A DNA stretch of 45,974 bases, taken from positions 1 through 45,974 of IMG/VR virus record IMGVR_UViG_3300013767_000066. One strand, 5' to 3'. The notes under the pieces were generated by a model that saw nothing but the letters and a program-made list of their open reading frames with translations, searched no databases and was not told the DNA's origin. This DNA is from a virus. Its lineage: Duplodnaviria; Caudoviricetes. Shown here in pieces: positions 35,909 to 44,461 of this stretch (positions are counted from its first letter, which is position 1; each line of letters begins with the position of its first letter). The translations under genes and the position numbers were made by a program.

Positions 35909-37132
35909 ATGAATGCACCCGCTCAACAACTGCAGACCATCAAGACCGCCGGCGCCGCCGTATCGATGATGCCCGACCAGGCCGTCGACATGTTCACCGA
36001 GCGCGGCTTCACGCTCGCCAACCGCATCGCGAAGGCCTACGCCAGCAGCGACGCCGTACCGGCGCAGTTCCGCTCGTACAACCTGAAGAAGGGCGGCGGC
36101 GACGAGAACTGGATCGAGAACCCGAACGCCATCGGCAACTGCCTCGTGGCCATCGAGGTTGCGCGCGCCGTGCGCATGTCGATCACTGCGGTGATGCAAA
36201 ACGCCGACATGATCGAAGGCAAGCTGCGCTGGTCCGGCAAGTTCGTGATCGCCGCCATCAACGCATCGGGCCGCTTCACCCCGCTGCGCTTCCAGACTGT
36301 GGACCGTGGCCGCATCCAGGCCGCCTACAAGGAAAAGACCGGCTGGGACCGCGAAGCCAAACGGCCCATCTTCACGGATCGCACCGTCGAAGTCGACGAC
36401 GTCGAGTGCATCGCCTGGGCGCTGCCCAAGGGCGTGCAAGAGCCGCAGCTCACACCCGACCTACTTCGCAAATACCCGAACCGCCTGCTGGATCTGTACA
36501 AGTCGCTGGGCATGCCGGTTATCGAATCCGCGCCGGTCACGATGAAGATGGCCGTCGAAGAGGGCTGGTACGGCAAGGCCGGCTCCAAGTGGCAGACCGA
36601 ACTGCGCGCACTGATGTTCCAGTACCGCGCCGGCAGCTTCTTCGGGAACATCCACGCGCCGGACATCGTGATGGGCATGGGTCGCACGTCCGAAGAAGAG
36701 CGCGACATCATCGATTTGCACGACGACGGCTCCTATACGGTCAGCCGCACCACGATCGACGAATTGCGCAGCGGCCCCGCGCCGGCGGCCGATGTAGTCG
36801 AACCTCAGACCACCACCGCGGCGACGGAAGTCCAGCCCAACGCACCGCATGACGCGCAGGCGCCGGCTGATGGTGGCCAGGCAGCGCCGCAGACCGTCGA
36901 CGGGCCGACCCTCACGTTCAAGGACGTGAAGCACGAGCTGCTGCAGGCCGAGAACGCCGAAGACCTCGACTTCGCCCGCAGCCTGATCAAGCAGGTGGTG
37001 GGCGAAGCGGAACAGGCCACGCTGCACCAGGTCGCCTCGCAGCGCATGCGCGAACTGACGCAGCCAGCCGAAAGCGCAACGCCGGCCCAGCAGACCGCCC
37101 GCCGCCAGCGCGCACCCATCAACGCCGACTGA
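35909..37132 (+). CDS. Probable single-strand annealing recombinase (RecT/Beta-like)
   Basis: NCLVAIEVA, AVMQN, VTMKMAVEEGW, SKWQT...MFQYRA, PDIVMGM; follows the exonuclease. Confidence 0.7.
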   Translation: MNAPAQQLQTIKTAGAAVSMMPDQAVDMFTERGFTLANRIAKAYASSDAVPAQFRSYNLKKGGGDENWIENPNAIGNCLVAIEVARAVRMSITAVMQNADMIEGKLRWSGKFVIAAINASGRFTPLRFQTVDRGRIQAAYKEKTGWDREAKRPIFTDRTVEVDDVECIAWALPKGVQEPQLTPDLLRKYPNRLLDLYKSLGMPVIESAPVTMKMAVEEGWYGKAGSKWQTELRALMFQYRAGSFFGNIHAPDIVMGMGRTSEEERDIIDLHDDGSYTVSRTTIDELRSGPAPAADVVEPQTTTAATEVQPNAPHDAQAPADGGQAAPQTVDGPTLTFKDVKHELLQAENAEDLDFARSLIKQVVGEAEQATLHQVASQRMRELTQPAESATPAQQTARRQRAPINAD

Positions 37133-37239
37133 AATACCTGTGAGAGAGGACTGCCCGCGCGGACGGCTGTAGCGCGGGAGGAAGAACAGTGCCGCGCCGC
37201 CGAATGCTGAGGCGCGGCCCACAAGCAAAGGACACCGAG

Positions 37240-37920
37240 ATGGACAAATTCCACTTCATGGGCAAGGCCACGATCCTGCACTTGAACACGCGTAAAGAGG
37301 GGCCGGAAGACAACCAGGAACTGGCACTCGATCTGAAATTCAAGGCCGTCGCTGACCATCACGTCATGCGCTTCTTCGACGAGCTGCTGGCCAACTTTGT
37401 CTACTTCTCGAACGGCGCGGTGCGCAACAAGATCATGGGGCCGGTCACCTACGGCCACGAGCTCGAAAGCTACCGGCTCGATATGGTTGGCAGCACGTTC
37501 ACCGGCGTGCGCGTAAAGAAATTCTCCCTAGAACCCAAGGACGGCTTCAAGGTGTGGGTGACCTTCTCGGTGTCGTTCAAGCCCAGTGGCGACGAGGTGG
37601 CGCGCGTTGCCGAGTTTCTGCAGGACGAGATCGACCTGTGCCTGATGTCTGGTGACAGCGAACTGGACTTTGGCAGCAGCCATGTCGACGCCAGCCAGTA
37701 CAACCACGAGCCAGGAGACGAAGACGAACTCTTCGACGCCGCTCGCGAGCTGGTCATCACCCACCGCCGCGCATCCATTTCACTGATTCAGCGCCACCTG
37801 CGGATCGGCCACAACCGCGCCGCGCGCTTGATGGAAGCGCTGGAAGAACACGAAGTCGTGTCCTCGGCCGATGCTGAAGGCAACCGGCAAATCATCGCAT
37901 CCGAAGGAGCCGCAGCATGA
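37240..37920 (+). CDS. Phage protein with C-terminal FtsK gamma domain
   Basis: DELFDAARELV...ASISLIQRHLRIGHNRAARLMEALE matches the FtsK gamma winged helix; start trimmed to MDKFH. Confidence 0.85.
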   Translation: MDKFHFMGKATILHLNTRKEGPEDNQELALDLKFKAVADHHVMRFFDELLANFVYFSNGAVRNKIMGPVTYGHELESYRLDMVGSTFTGVRVKKFSLEPKDGFKVWVTFSVSFKPSGDEVARVAEFLQDEIDLCLMSGDSELDFGSSHVDASQYNHEPGDEDELFDAARELVITHRRASISLIQRHLRIGHNRAARLMEALEEHEVVSSADAEGNRQIIASEGAAA

Positions 37921-39659
37921 AGATCACCGCCATCCACGCCCGCAACTTCCTCGGCATCCGGGCTGCCGACATCATCCCCGCCACGCCGGTGTCGCTCATC
38001 TGCGGCCCGAACGGCGCAGGCAAGTCCAGCGTGCAGGAAGCCGTGCGCATGGCTCTGACCGGCGAAAGCGTGCGCGTCGGGCTGAAGAAGGAATTCGGCC
38101 AACTGCTGCACGACGGCACCGACTCGGGCTCGATCGTGGTGTCGGCGGGCCCGCAAGCCAACAGCATCGCCCTGCCCTCGGGCAAGTTGACCGCCGGCCT
38201 GCAGGCTGATCCGCGCCTGCCCTACGTGCTCGACGCCCAGCGCTTCGCACGCCTGGAGGTCAAAGAGCGCCGCGCGTTCCTGTTCGACCTGATGGGTCTG
38301 AAGCTCGGTACCGACCTGGTGCGCGAGCGCCTTCTCGCACGTAGCTGCCTGCCCAAGAAGATCGAAGCAGTCCTGCCGTTGGTGCGCGCCGGCTTCGATG
38401 CCGCAGCGAAGGAAGCGCAGACGAAGGCCACGGCCGCCAAGGGCGCATGGCGTGCGCTTACCGGCGAGAACTACGGCGCCGTGAAGGCCGCCGACTGGAC
38501 CGCGCCCGTTCCGGAAGGTGGCCCGGCGCCCGAGGACCTTAGCGCGACAATTGCCGAGCTCGAGGCCGAGATCGGGGAAGCATCCGGCGAGGTTGGCGAC
38601 CTGCAGCGCCAGCTCGGCGAGATTGACGCAGCCGCGCGCCAGCGTGCCCACCGCGACACGAAGATTCGCGAATTGACGGACAAGTCCGCAGGCCTGGCCA
38701 AGTCGCAGGAATCGGTGGACCGCGCCCAGGCGGAACGCGACGACTTCCTGCCCAAGGTGGAAGCGCTGCGCGCGGCCGCCGGCGGCAAGCAGACCGGCGT
38801 GTCCTGCACGTGCCCGGAATGTGGCGCCCTTCTGCAGTACCTGGCCGGCCAGCTGGCGCTGCGCGAGCCCGTACAGGCCGACCCTGAAGCCGCTGGCCGA
38901 CTGCCCGAGTACGAGCGCAGCCTGACCGTGCTCGACAACGCTCTCAAGAGCCGCACCGCCGAGCGCGATGCTGCCAAGGCCGCCGCGTCGCAACTCGAGC
39001 TGCTGCGCAAGGATGCCGCGACGGACGCTGGCGATGCCGACGACCAGGTGCGCGGCAAGATCGAGGCGCAGCTCAAAGCGCTGCAGGACGCGATCGCCGG
39101 TGTCGGCAAGGAACTGGAATCCGTGCGTGCCGCACAGCGTGCCATTGCGCAGGCCGGGGAGCTGACCGCCAAGGCAGCCCAGCACCATACCGACGTGGTC
39201 GCATGGGAAGCACTGGCCGAAGCCCTCGGTCCGAGCGGGATCCCCGCCGAGCTACTGGCCGAGGCGCTGGGCCCGATCAATGAACGCCTTGCAGCCGCGG
39301 CGAACATGACCGAGTGGTTCCGCATCGGCATCGAGGCTGACATGTCCATCACCGCCGATGGCGGCCGGCCCTATGCCCTGCTCTCCGAGTCCGAGAAGTG
39401 GCGTGCCGACGCGATGATCGCCGAGGCCATCACCCAGCTCACGGGCCTGCGCCTGCTGGTGCTCGACCGCGCAGACGTGCTGATCGGCGCCGAGCGCGAC
39501 CGTCTGTTCTGGTGGCTCGACGACCTGACCGTCGACGACGCGATCGACACCGCCCTGGTGTTCATGAGCCTGAAGGCGCCCCCCGGCGCGCTGCCCGAGT
39601 CCATCACGCCGTTCTGGATCGAAGACCACGAGGTCGGCACCGTACGGGAGGCCGCGTAA
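37917..39659 (+). CDS. Rad50/SbcC-like ABC ATPase with zinc hook
   Basis: NFLG, Walker A GPNGAGKSS, coiled coil with central CPEC, LSESE signature, LLVLDRAD Walker B. Confidence 0.85.
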   Translation: MKITAIHARNFLGIRAADIIPATPVSLICGPNGAGKSSVQEAVRMALTGESVRVGLKKEFGQLLHDGTDSGSIVVSAGPQANSIALPSGKLTAGLQADPRLPYVLDAQRFARLEVKERRAFLFDLMGLKLGTDLVRERLLARSCLPKKIEAVLPLVRAGFDAAAKEAQTKATAAKGAWRALTGENYGAVKAADWTAPVPEGGPAPEDLSATIAELEAEIGEASGEVGDLQRQLGEIDAAARQRAHRDTKIRELTDKSAGLAKSQESVDRAQAERDDFLPKVEALRAAAGGKQTGVSCTCPECGALLQYLAGQLALREPVQADPEAAGRLPEYERSLTVLDNALKSRTAERDAAKAAASQLELLRKDAATDAGDADDQVRGKIEAQLKALQDAIAGVGKELESVRAAQRAIAQAGELTAKAAQHHTDVVAWEALAEALGPSGIPAELLAEALGPINERLAAAANMTEWFRIGIEADMSITADGGRPYALLSESEKWRADAMIAEAITQLTGLRLLVLDRADVLIGAERDRLFWWLDDLTVDDAIDTALVFMSLKAPPGALPESITPFWIEDHEVGTVREAA

Positions 39660-39841
39660 TGGTCAGCACCACCACCATGATCCGGCGACTGGAAGGCCTG
39701 CTTGGCACCAAGGACCTGACCGACTGGGAACAGCGCTTCGTGCGCTCGCTGGCCGATCGCATGCACGCCGGCGAGGTGACGAAGCTCACCGGTGACCAGG
39801 TCAAAAAACTCGACGAACTTCACGGGAAGCACTTCGCATGA
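39659..39841 (+). CDS. Small hypothetical protein
   Basis: TAATG coupling to the ATPase; LLGTKDLTDWEQRFVRS. Confidence 0.75.
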   Translation: MVSTTTMIRRLEGLLGTKDLTDWEQRFVRSLADRMHAGEVTKLTGDQVKKLDELHGKHFA

Positions 39842-40041
39842 ACAACCAACCGCAACGCCGAATCATCCGGCTGCCCGAGGTCAGCGAGCGCGTAGGCCTG
39901 GGCAAGACGGCCATCTACAGCCGCATCAAGGACCACACGTTCCCCTCCCCGATCAAGCTCGGCCGCGCCAGCGGCTGGATCGAGGAAGAGGTTCAAAACT
40001 GGGTCGAAAGTCAGATCGAGGCCACGCGCGGGAAGCACTGA
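39838..40041 (+). CDS. alpA: AlpA family regulator / probable excisionase
   Basis: IIRLPEVSERVGLGKTAIYSRIKDHTFPSPIKLGRASGW. Confidence 0.92.
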   Translation: MNNQPQRRIIRLPEVSERVGLGKTAIYSRIKDHTFPSPIKLGRASGWIEEEVQNWVESQIEATRGKH

Positions 40042-40175
40042 TGGACTGCACCACCGCACTGATCATCGTTGCCGTTGCCGGGCTTCTCTTCATCGGAGCG
40101 GGGACTTATGCCGCCCACCGTAACGCCCGGTGGATGGCGAACTACGACACCAAGAACATGGAAACGAAGGAATGA
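40041..40175 (+). CDS. 44-aa membrane peptide
   Basis: TGATG coupling; N-terminal TM helix. Confidence 0.55.
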   Translation: MDCTTALIIVAVAGLLFIGAGTYAAHRNARWMANYDTKNMETKE

Positions 40176-40475
40176 CCAGCAATCACACCCTCGATGAGCC
40201 GCTCGATGCGGCGAATATGGCCGCAATCGCCGCAGATTGTGCGGTGAATGGGGAGACAGATCATGGGTGATCTCGTGTGCTCCACACATCTAAGGTCAGG
40301 CCGCATAACGCACCACATACGGTGCAGTCCGGCTATTAAGACGCCGTATCGCTCCATAAGCGGGACCTTACAACGAAAACCGAGTAAAGCCGCTTTACAA
40401 CCCCAGTCGTGTAGCCACGCCCACAACGACGTGCAGCACCACACCGTGTCCAACCAGCAGACCAGGGGAGCCCTG

Positions 40476-40577
40476 ATGCTCGCAAACGACCTGTTCGCCG
40501 GAGCCGGTGGCTTCTCGACCGCCGGGAGTCACCTAGACGGCAAGCTGCACAACGGGTATCCGGAGGTGCGCGCATGA
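40476..40577 (+). pseudogene. Chimeric remnant: C5-MTase N-terminus joined to another gene's C-terminus
   Basis: MLANDLFAGAGGFST is C5-MTase motif I; AGSHLDGKLHNGYPEVRA resembles the Gp37Gp68 (DUF5131) C-terminus. Confidence 0.6.
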
Positions 40578-42364
40578 TCCGCCGCGAGTACAACAGCTTC
40601 GGTTTCTGCTGCGGTCTGGGCGGCGGTGCCAAGGGATTCAAGAAGGCCGTCTCTCGCGTCGGCAACATGATCGGCACGTGGCGCTGCATCGGCGGCATCG
40701 ACAACGACCCGGCCGCCGCGCGCGACTTCGAGACCCTGGTGGGCGTACCGTGCACGGTGATGGACCTGTTCACCCGTGAGCAGTACATCGCCTTTCATGG
40801 CGCCGAGCCGCCGGCGGACTGGCGCGAGGCCGCGCCGAACGACATTCAGCGCGCTGCTGGCCACCAGCATCCGCACTGCGTGTTCATCTCCAGCCCGTGC
40901 AAGGGCGCGTCCGGCCTGCTGTCGGAGACGTTGAGCCGCACGCCCAAATACCAGGCGCTCAACGAGCTCACCCTGCGCTGCGTCTGGCTGATGTGCGAAG
41001 CGTGGAAGGATGATCCGGTCGAACTGATCGTGTTCGAGAACGTGCCCCGGCTGGCCACACGCGGCCGGCACCTGCTCGACCAAATCGGCCAAATCCTGCG
41101 CCACTACGGCTACGCGGTGAACGAGACTGCGCACGACTGCGGCGTGATCGGCGGCTTGGCCCAGAGCCGCAAGCGCTTCTTGCTCGTCGCGCGCCACGTT
41201 GCTAAGGTGCCGGCGTTCCTGTACGAGCCACCCGTACGGCGCCTGCAGGGTGTCGGTACCGTGCTCGGCCGCATGCCGCTGCCCGGCGCCGTGGCCGGTG
41301 GCCCGATGCACCGCGTTCCGGCGCTGCAATGGAAGACGTGGGTGCGGCTGGCGTTCGTCGAGGCCGGCAGCGACTGGCGCAGCTTGAACAAGCTGGCCGT
41401 GCAGGATGGCTACCTGAGCGATTACCTAATCCTGCCCGAGCGCCGCGGCGGTCATCTCGGCGTCGTCGACTGGCGCGAGCCGGCTGGTACCGTGGCGGGC
41501 GAGTCCCTGCCGACGAACGGCGCGTTCTCGGTGGCCGATCCACGTCACGCTGCCGGTGCGGCACAGTATCAGCAGTATGGCGTCTTGCGCTGGGGTGAAG
41601 CCGCCGGTGCGATCACAGCTGGCACGAATCCAGGCCAGGGCACGTTCAGCGTCGCTGACCCGCGCCACGACGGCCCCGCCAAGCACAATAACGAATACCG
41701 GATCGTGCCTTGGGCCGGTGCTGCCGGCGCTGTCACCAGCGCGCATGCGACGGGCCAGTGCGTTCAGGATCCGCGCGCGTCAACGGGTTTCGAGGGCGCG
41801 GGCAAGTACCGCGTGACCGGCTATGACGAGCCGGCTGGCACCGTGATCGCGCGCAGCGACAGTGGCCAGGGCGCATTCGCCGTTGCAGATCCCCGTCCAG
41901 GCATGCGGCGCGAGCGCGGCGACAACTACCTGACCGGTGGGCATTACGGTGTGGTCGGCTGGGATCAGCCGAGCGGTGCGGTGTCAGCAGCTGCTGGCCA
42001 CGACAACGGCCGCTGGTCAGTCGCTGACCCTCGCCTGCCGGCTGCCAGCGACAAGGTGGTGGCGATCATCCGCGCGCTGGACGGCACGTGGCACCGCCCG
42101 TTCACCACGCTGGAACTGGCTGCGCTTCAGTCGCTGATCGAGCCTGAGGAATACCTGGAGCTGGACGGCCTGAGCGACCAGGCGTGGCGCGAACGGATCG
42201 GTAACGCTGTCCCGCCGGATGCGGCGGTGGCAATCGCCGAGGTGATGGGCACCACGCTGATGCTGGCCGAGGCCGGCGAGACGTTCATGCTGTCAGCCAC
42301 GCCGGTATGGGTGCGGCCGGTGGCCGTTGCGCTGACTGTGGCACAGCAGACGGAGGCCGCATGA
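40574..42364 (+). CDS. C5-cytosine DNA methyltransferase with repeated variable region
   Basis: Motifs I FCCGLGG, IV SSPCKG, VI ENVP, VIII QSRKR, IX RPFTTLELAALQ, X IGNAVPP. Confidence 0.92.
   Translation: MIRREYNSFGFCCGLGGGAKGFKKAVSRVGNMIGTWRCIGGIDNDPAAARDFETLVGVPCTVMDLFTREQYIAFHGAEPPADWREAAPNDIQRAAGHQHPHCVFISSPCKGASGLLSETLSRTPKYQALNELTLRCVWLMCEAWKDDPVELIVFENVPRLATRGRHLLDQIGQILRHYGYAVNETAHDCGVIGGLAQSRKRFLLVARHVAKVPAFLYEPPVRRLQGVGTVLGRMPLPGAVAGGPMHRVPALQWKTWVRLAFVEAGSDWRSLNKLAVQDGYLSDYLILPERRGGHLGVVDWREPAGTVAGESLPTNGAFSVADPRHAAGAAQYQQYGVLRWGEAAGAITAGTNPGQGTFSVADPRHDGPAKHNNEYRIVPWAGAAGAVTSAHATGQCVQDPRASTGFEGAGKYRVTGYDEPAGTVIARSDSGQGAFAVADPRPGMRRERGDNYLTGGHYGVVGWDQPSGAVSAAAGHDNGRWSVADPRLPAASDKVVAIIRALDGTWHRPFTTLELAALQSLIEPEEYLELDGLSDQAWRERIGNAVPPDAAVAIAEVMGTTLMLAEAGETFMLSATPVWVRPVAVALTVAQQTEAA
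41447..42034 (+). repeat. Five degenerate ~37-46 aa tandem repeats in the MTase variable region
   Basis: Units of the form (G/R)V..W..PAG.V......G.F.VADPR ending near 41545, 41665, 41776, 41896, 42034. Confidence 0.88.
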
Positions 42365-42366
42365 AA

Positions 42367-42930
42367 TCAGCCCTGCACCTCATGGACAACTGGCGCAATT
42401 CTCAGAGCTCTATTGCCTTGGAGAACGTCCGTAGCAGCCGTAACGAGATTTTGCACACGCTCTTCATTCTGTCCGTGCGCCGCTGGCGAATAGCCACCCT
42501 TCTTGAGTTGAACGCGGTCAAATTCGTATCCCAGGCACTTCCCCATAGTGAAGAGCATGTTCACAAAAAGCTCATCTCGTTGCGCGAAAACCGCTTCGGG
42601 ATTCGCTGGCGCAGCATGTGCGGGGTCTGCCAGATGGTCGAGGTACTCCTTCCAGGAATCCAGGACGGCTTGATCGCGCTTCGAGCGCCACGCTCGCCCA
42701 AACCGCACTGGCCCATAGAAAGTGAGATCGATCATGTTCAGCGCCCTGACATGGTCAGCGTGAAGACGCCCCCCTCTTGTCGCCATCAACGTGTGAAAAA
42801 CCCACAGCTTCCTTCCACGAGTCTCTCTCGCACGCTCCACCAGCTTCTGAGCTTGCACGGCAAGGATTGGCCCTATCAACGTCGCCGAAGCAATAACCCA
42901 GTCTGTAGTTGTCAAGTCCGCGAATCCCAC
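42367..42930 (-). CDS. DUF6680-like protein (antisense moron)
   Basis: ATLIGPILAVQ, KLWVFHTLMATR, HVRALNMIDLTF, GYSP; GGAGG SD; extended -10 TGCTAGGAT at 42967-42975. Confidence 0.78.
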   Translation of the reverse strand: MGFADLTTTDWVIASATLIGPILAVQAQKLVERARETRGRKLWVFHTLMATRGGRLHADHVRALNMIDLTFYGPVRFGRAWRSKRDQAVLDSWKEYLDHLADPAHAAPANPEAVFAQRDELFVNMLFTMGKCLGYEFDRVQLKKGGYSPAAHGQNEERVQNLVTAATDVLQGNRALRIAPVVHEVQG

Positions 42931-42974
42931 GCTCGATCCTCCCTCAGCATCTTGTTATCGGAGGATATCCTAGC

Positions 42975-43613
42975 ATGACGAAAGAACACCCCATTCTCTT
43001 CAGCGGCAGCATGGTGCGCGCCATCCTCGACGGCCGGAAGACGCAGACGCGGCGCGCAGTGAAGATGCAACCGCCAGCCGGGACGCATGAAGTCATCACG
43101 TATCACCACCCGGATCCGCGCACCCACTACTGGGCATTCGATGACAGATCACTGCTCGATTGGGCGGTCCCGTGCCCGTACGGTGAAGTCGGAGACCGGC
43201 TGTATGTTCGCGAGACTTGGCAGCACAGCAATCACCCGTTCGGCCCTTACGACGAGGACTGCGCCGTCTTCTACCGCGCCGACTACCTGGACGACCCACA
43301 TGGCCCCGACGGCGAGAAGTCCCCCGATGGCAAGTATCGGGACTGGCGCCCCAGCATCCATATGCCGCGGGCGGCGTCTCGGCTCACGCTGGAGATCGCT
43401 GGGGTGCGCGTCGAGCGCCTGAACGACTGCAGCGAGGCTGACGCGCGATCCGAAGGGGTGACGATCGAATCGCACCACAAGACTGGCTATTGCAGCGGCG
43501 CTGATCGCCCGCCGAGTTTGCGCGCATTCCGTGACCTCTGGGACAGCATCAACGGCGCCGGCGCGTGGGCGGCCAACCCGTGGGTCTGGGTGGTCGAGTT
43601 CCGGCGCGTTTAG
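42975..43613 (+). CDS. ASCH/PUA-like conserved phage protein
   Basis: PILFSGSMVRAILDGRKTQTRR, GDRLYVRET, WRPSIHMPR, NPWVWVVEF. Confidence 0.85.
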   Translation: MTKEHPILFSGSMVRAILDGRKTQTRRAVKMQPPAGTHEVITYHHPDPRTHYWAFDDRSLLDWAVPCPYGEVGDRLYVRETWQHSNHPFGPYDEDCAVFYRADYLDDPHGPDGEKSPDGKYRDWRPSIHMPRAASRLTLEIAGVRVERLNDCSEADARSEGVTIESHHKTGYCSGADRPPSLRAFRDLWDSINGAGAWAANPWVWVVEFRRV

Positions 43614-43626
43614 GGAGAATTATCCA

Positions 43627-43860
43627 ATGCCAATAAAACTGCTTCCCTGCCCATTTTGTGGGCGCGACGGCCAGATGAAGACCTCGCAGGGCTGGTCGGC
43701 CGCCAGCTGCACCGACGTCGCGTGCTGCGGCCACCAGATCGCGCTGACGCACCAGAGCGAGAACAGCGCGGCCGCGGCTTGGAATCACCGCGCGCCGGTT
43801 CACGCAGAAACGGGTACGACCAGGGCAAAACTTAAAGGTGTGTCCGCAACCGCTCGGTGA
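43627..43860 (+). CDS. Lar-like restriction alleviation protein
   Basis: LLPCPFCG...C...C...AAAAWNHR. Confidence 0.72.
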   Translation: MPIKLLPCPFCGRDGQMKTSQGWSAASCTDVACCGHQIALTHQSENSAAAAWNHRAPVHAETGTTRAKLKGVSATAR

Positions 43861-44461
43861 ACTTACCTGGACAGAGCCTCTCGACATCATCCTTCAGTGC
43901 CAGCGACATTTTCCGTGCAACGCTTTCAAGTTTGTCGACCTGATTGCGATGTTTGGAGTTGAACTGTGCTCCATTTAGTCCAGAATCTGCGCGGTGCAGT
44001 AGCGCCATTTGCCGACAAACTCGTCTGAGCGCACGTAGTTGCTCTGCTTTGCCTACTTCGATGAACCGGTCTATTGGGAAACGATCAATAGACTCAGCCA
44101 TCGAAGTAAACTCGTCGGCGATGTTCGGGTAAATTGGAGCTTCCTGAGGGTTGTCCTTCTGGAAGCCGCTTAGGATGATAATCTGGGCCACTTCCGCTGA
44201 AATCTCCTGCAGAGTCAGGAGCGTTAAAGCCTTCCGCTCGTCTTCCCTTGCCTCATGGTCAGCCTTTTCATCAACGCGCTGCCGATATGGGATGTAGATG
44301 GCGATGCCTAAGGCAACCGTCGCACCGAAGGCCTGCGCCCAAGCTGCCCAGTCTTGGCTCGCACTAGGTGGTGCAAGTTTGAACCCGTACGCTAGATAGA
44401 CGAGTGCCACCGCAATCAGCAGCGCCATAACAATGCGAATCAGCACCAACGCTCGTTTCAT
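43832..44461 (-). CDS. Hypothetical protein with two N-terminal TM helices, coupled to the integrase
   Basis: DWAAWAQAFGATVALGIAI followed by a helical domain; lower GC; ATGA overlap with the int stop. Confidence 0.75.
   Translation of the reverse strand: MKRALVLIRIVMALLIAVALVYLAYGFKLAPPSASQDWAAWAQAFGATVALGIAIYIPYRQRVDEKADHEAREDERKALTLLTLQEISAEVAQIIILSGFQKDNPQEAPIYPNIADEFTSMAESIDRFPIDRFIEVGKAEQLRALRRVCRQMALLHRADSGLNGAQFNSKHRNQVDKLESVARKMSLALKDDVERLCPGKFTERLRTHL

Noticed and set aside
40142-40453. Minus-strand 103-aa ORF and overlapping plus-strand 40248-40577 ORF
   Set aside because: Neither looks protein-like over its length; only the last 33 codons of the plus ORF have an SD and motifs
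42307-42978. 223-aa plus-strand ORF
   Set aside because: Shadow of the minus-strand DUF6680-like gene, which has an SD, promoter and family motifs
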